Source: Verrucomicrobiota bacterium (lineage in GTDB: Bacteria; Verrucomicrobiota; Verrucomicrobiia; Chthoniobacterales; JACTMZ01). From it: a DNA stretch of 35,369 nucleotides. Within the stretch, counting starts at the first letter, position 1; every line of letters starts with the position of its first letter. The notes under the pieces were generated by a model. It made no database searches, had not been told where the DNA came from, and worked only from the letters and a program-made list of their open reading frames with translations. The position numbers and the translations under genes were made by a program. The DNA lies in assembly GCA_041177245.1 (NCBI GenBank), contig JBEDBL010000002.1, positions 1 to 35,369 of the forward strand, written 5' to 3'. This document shows positions 34,701-35,369 of this stretch, piece after piece.

Positions 34701-35353
34701 AGTTGCGTGGAATAGGTGCTTCCGGTGCCCGAGTTGTAAATGGTGACATAGTCAGGCGCATAGGTGCCGCTGGATACGGTGTCGACCGCGATGCCGATAC
34801 GGAAATTCGCACCCATATTCGACGCCATACTGAAAGAGAAAGCTTCGCCAAAGTATCCGTTGTTGCTGCCCGAGGGCGTGTTGTAAGGACCGTTGTTGAC
34901 CGCGACCGAGAGCGATCCTTCGCGATAGAGCGCAGATCCGTCCGGACCGCGGAAGATCGGATAGCCTGGGAAATTGACATAATCGCCGGCGCCGCCGGTG
35001 ATCGAACTCAAGAACACCGGAGCAGAATACAAGGTCGGGGAATTGGTTGCGGTGATGCCGAGATTATTTCCCGAAGATGCTCCTTGGTAGATGTTGACTG
35101 CGCCGGGGTCCCAAGCCATCGGACGGATCTGGTAGTAACCCGAAGTTCCGTAGACCTCGCTGCCGCCCAAATCGTAGGTTTTGGAAACGCCCAGATTGGA
35201 CCAGTTTTGCACCGCGTAACCGCTTCCCGCCGTGCCGACTTCGACCCCGACAAAAGAAACCGTCGCGGCCTCGGCGGAGGAAAATGCAAGCCAGGCAGCG
35301 GCGATGAGCAAAGAAAATGTTGTCGGGACAGGAGATCCTAATTTTGTGGGCAT
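31784..35353 (-). CDS. Giant surface protein paralogous to 27978-31757: conserved head domain + PATR repeats + variant PEP-CTERM-like tail
   Basis: 1189 aa with an ATG start and the signal peptide MPTKLGSPVPTTFSLLIAAAWLAFSSAEA|A. It is colinear with the neighbouring paralog over the first ~550 aa. The C-terminus AIPESSTSAAAAAVLGLLLLSACRAGTASRTYGALAKVQAGRTM (about 31787-31920) has IPES in place of VPEP and a weak basic cluster. Confidence 0.9.
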   Translation of the reverse strand: MPTKLGSPVPTTFSLLIAAAWLAFSSAEAATVSFVGVEVGTAGSGYAVQNWSNLGVSKTYDLGGSEVYGTSGYYQIRPMAWDPGAVNIYQGASSGNNLGITATNSPTLYSAPVFLSSITGGAGDYVNFPGYPIFRGPDGSALYREGSLSVAVNNGPYNTPSGSNNGYFGEAFSFSMASNMGANFRIGIAVDTVSSGTYAPDYVTIYNSGTGSTYSTQLTRDGTPDMVFFDLTASAGESFSAALWQLAGTQSAAAFGLITFDVSRYNLDVVSGLQTNSAVLGGAPAALLKTGAGTTVLTGVSTYQGTTTISNGAVEVGGAGRLAGGSYTGAVSLATNTASLRIATSANQILSGAISGSGSLSKSVNGTLTLSGSNSYSGGTTISGGRLIATSANALGDASSAVTVSGGAYLDVRTNITRTGTVTFDGGYLATADGAPASLINNGGSFVLTNAAEIVAQLGGSAGLTSGGTGVAILWRSNSYTGATVVNSGTLRLDGSGGLSTNTTLQVASGATFSSTGTFLTSNNLTVAGLTGAGTVTGGAGSFSVDKASGSDTFSGQITGGVRLNKAGAGTLVLSGSNSYSGGTLISAGALDLNGAVLSGGITNNASLIIRGDLVNAVSGTGSLTKSGSSTISIWVANSYSGATVVEGGVVRLDGAGMISSNSALQVASGATFSTTGFFAPSNNVTVSGLTGAGTVTGAAGTLTVSKPTTSSDVFTGSIQGGIGLTLADYTQLWLAGSNNYTGITTVGGSDNVLNLVHASSLGSTAAGTIVGNGSVLRIQGTNNGGSGITVGAEALTIIGQGRAGNGGALRSVSGTNTWQGKVTLSGDARIGSAASSFLTLDVASGNAVESADFNFTTEGAGHIQVNDAISLGAGGLTKLGTGSLILGAANSYSGGTVLGEGFLRLDNASAAGSGMITQSNSSSTLQINASGTVANAMSIYNIRTLQTVTLSGNKTLNNATYTVDAGTATTESGNLGGSGGITKQGTGTLVVTGNNTYTGAVAVDAGVLNLNSSVGGAAASAASVSVATNAILLISQSNQVNNGAGVTLSGGTIQRASGVSEVFGNLNLTASSFLDFGGGTAGTIEFGGIGYTPSALLVLDLANFTQGNTLIFQTTNSLSLSGFTFSGAGGFGGSTFNGSTFTITAIPESSTSAAAAAVLGLLLLSACRAGTASRTYGALAKVQAGRTM
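33108..33454 (-). repeat. PATR module, copy 4 of 5 (distal copy in gene 31784-35353)
   Basis: Encodes IWVANSYSGATVVEGGVVRLDGAGMISSNSALQVASGATFSTTGFFAPSNNVTVSGLTGAGTVTGAAGTLTVSKPTTSSDVFTGSIQGGIGLTLADYTQLWLAGSNNYTGITTVGG. Confidence 0.7.
33571..33934 (-). repeat. PATR module, copy 5 of 5 (proximal copy in gene 31784-35353)
   Basis: Encodes LWRSNSYTGATVVNSGTLRLDGSGGLSTNTTLQVASGATFSSTGTFLTSNNLTVAGLTGAGTVTGGAGSFSVDKASGSDTFSGQITGGVRLNKAGAGTLVLSGSNSYSGGTLISAGALDLNG. Confidence 0.75.
34556..35266 (-). other. Conserved unassigned 'head' domain, copy in gene 31784-35353 (~237 aa)
   Basis: ATVSFVGVEVG...QNWSNL...VYGTSGYYQIRP...SPTLYSAPVFLSSITGGAG...GPDGSALY...GPYNTPSG..GYFGEAFSFSM...GTYAPDYVTIY...ALWQLAGTQS...FGLITFDVSRYN. 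Confidence 0.7.
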
Positions 35354-35369
35354 GGATGGGGATAATTAC

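Noticed and set aside
25644-35353. The repetitive DNA of the PATR genes was considered as a CRISPR-like or other non-coding repeat array. It was also considered as the variable/template repeat pair of a diversity-generating retroelement.
   Set aside because: The repeats are imperfect, in frame and translate into the PATR consensus within single long ORFs. They have no regular spacer architecture. No reverse transcriptase, cas gene or adenine-specific mismatch pattern between copies is evident.

Overview
GC-rich bacterial chromosomal segment. The gene content points to a Verrucomicrobiota (Opitutales-like) genome. This is an inference from an H-X9-D(G)-type pseudopilin, PEP-CTERM tails and autotransporter-associated beta-strand (PATR) repeat proteins; no search was run. 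I call 24 protein-coding genes, one partial at the left edge and absent from the ORF track, plus two gene remnants. I see no rRNA, tRNA, CRISPR array, transposase, integrase or recognisable transcription factor. The window has five blocks. (1) 1-4518: a class-III aminotransferase fragment, DUF1643, L-rhamnose mutarotase, a decayed toxin-antitoxin scar, an FAH-family hydrolase and an L-arabinose/L-fucose-isomerase-family protein. (2) 4706-14511: six tightly spaced minus-strand genes, in transcription order a pseudopilin-like protein, GH116 with an inserted beta-sandwich, two uncharacterised secreted proteins, the FucP fucose permease and a beta-helix/sulfatase fusion. (3) 14658-16823: a 2-hydroxyacid dehydrogenase and glycerate kinase. 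(4) 16817-22400: a secreted beta-propeller glycosidase and a GPH symporter, divergent from a cytoplasmic GH78-like enzyme. (5) 22414-35353: five co-oriented minus-strand genes. Three are tandem paralogous giant surface proteins that share an unassigned ~235-aa N-terminal head domain, carry shuffled PATR repeat modules and differ in their C-terminal ends. The other two are 'AWNEW'-motif GH99/WbsX-like proteins. The most interesting candidates are the head-domain surface-protein trio and the pseudopilin-led, regulator-less glycan operon. All functional calls rest on motif recognition by eye and need database confirmation.
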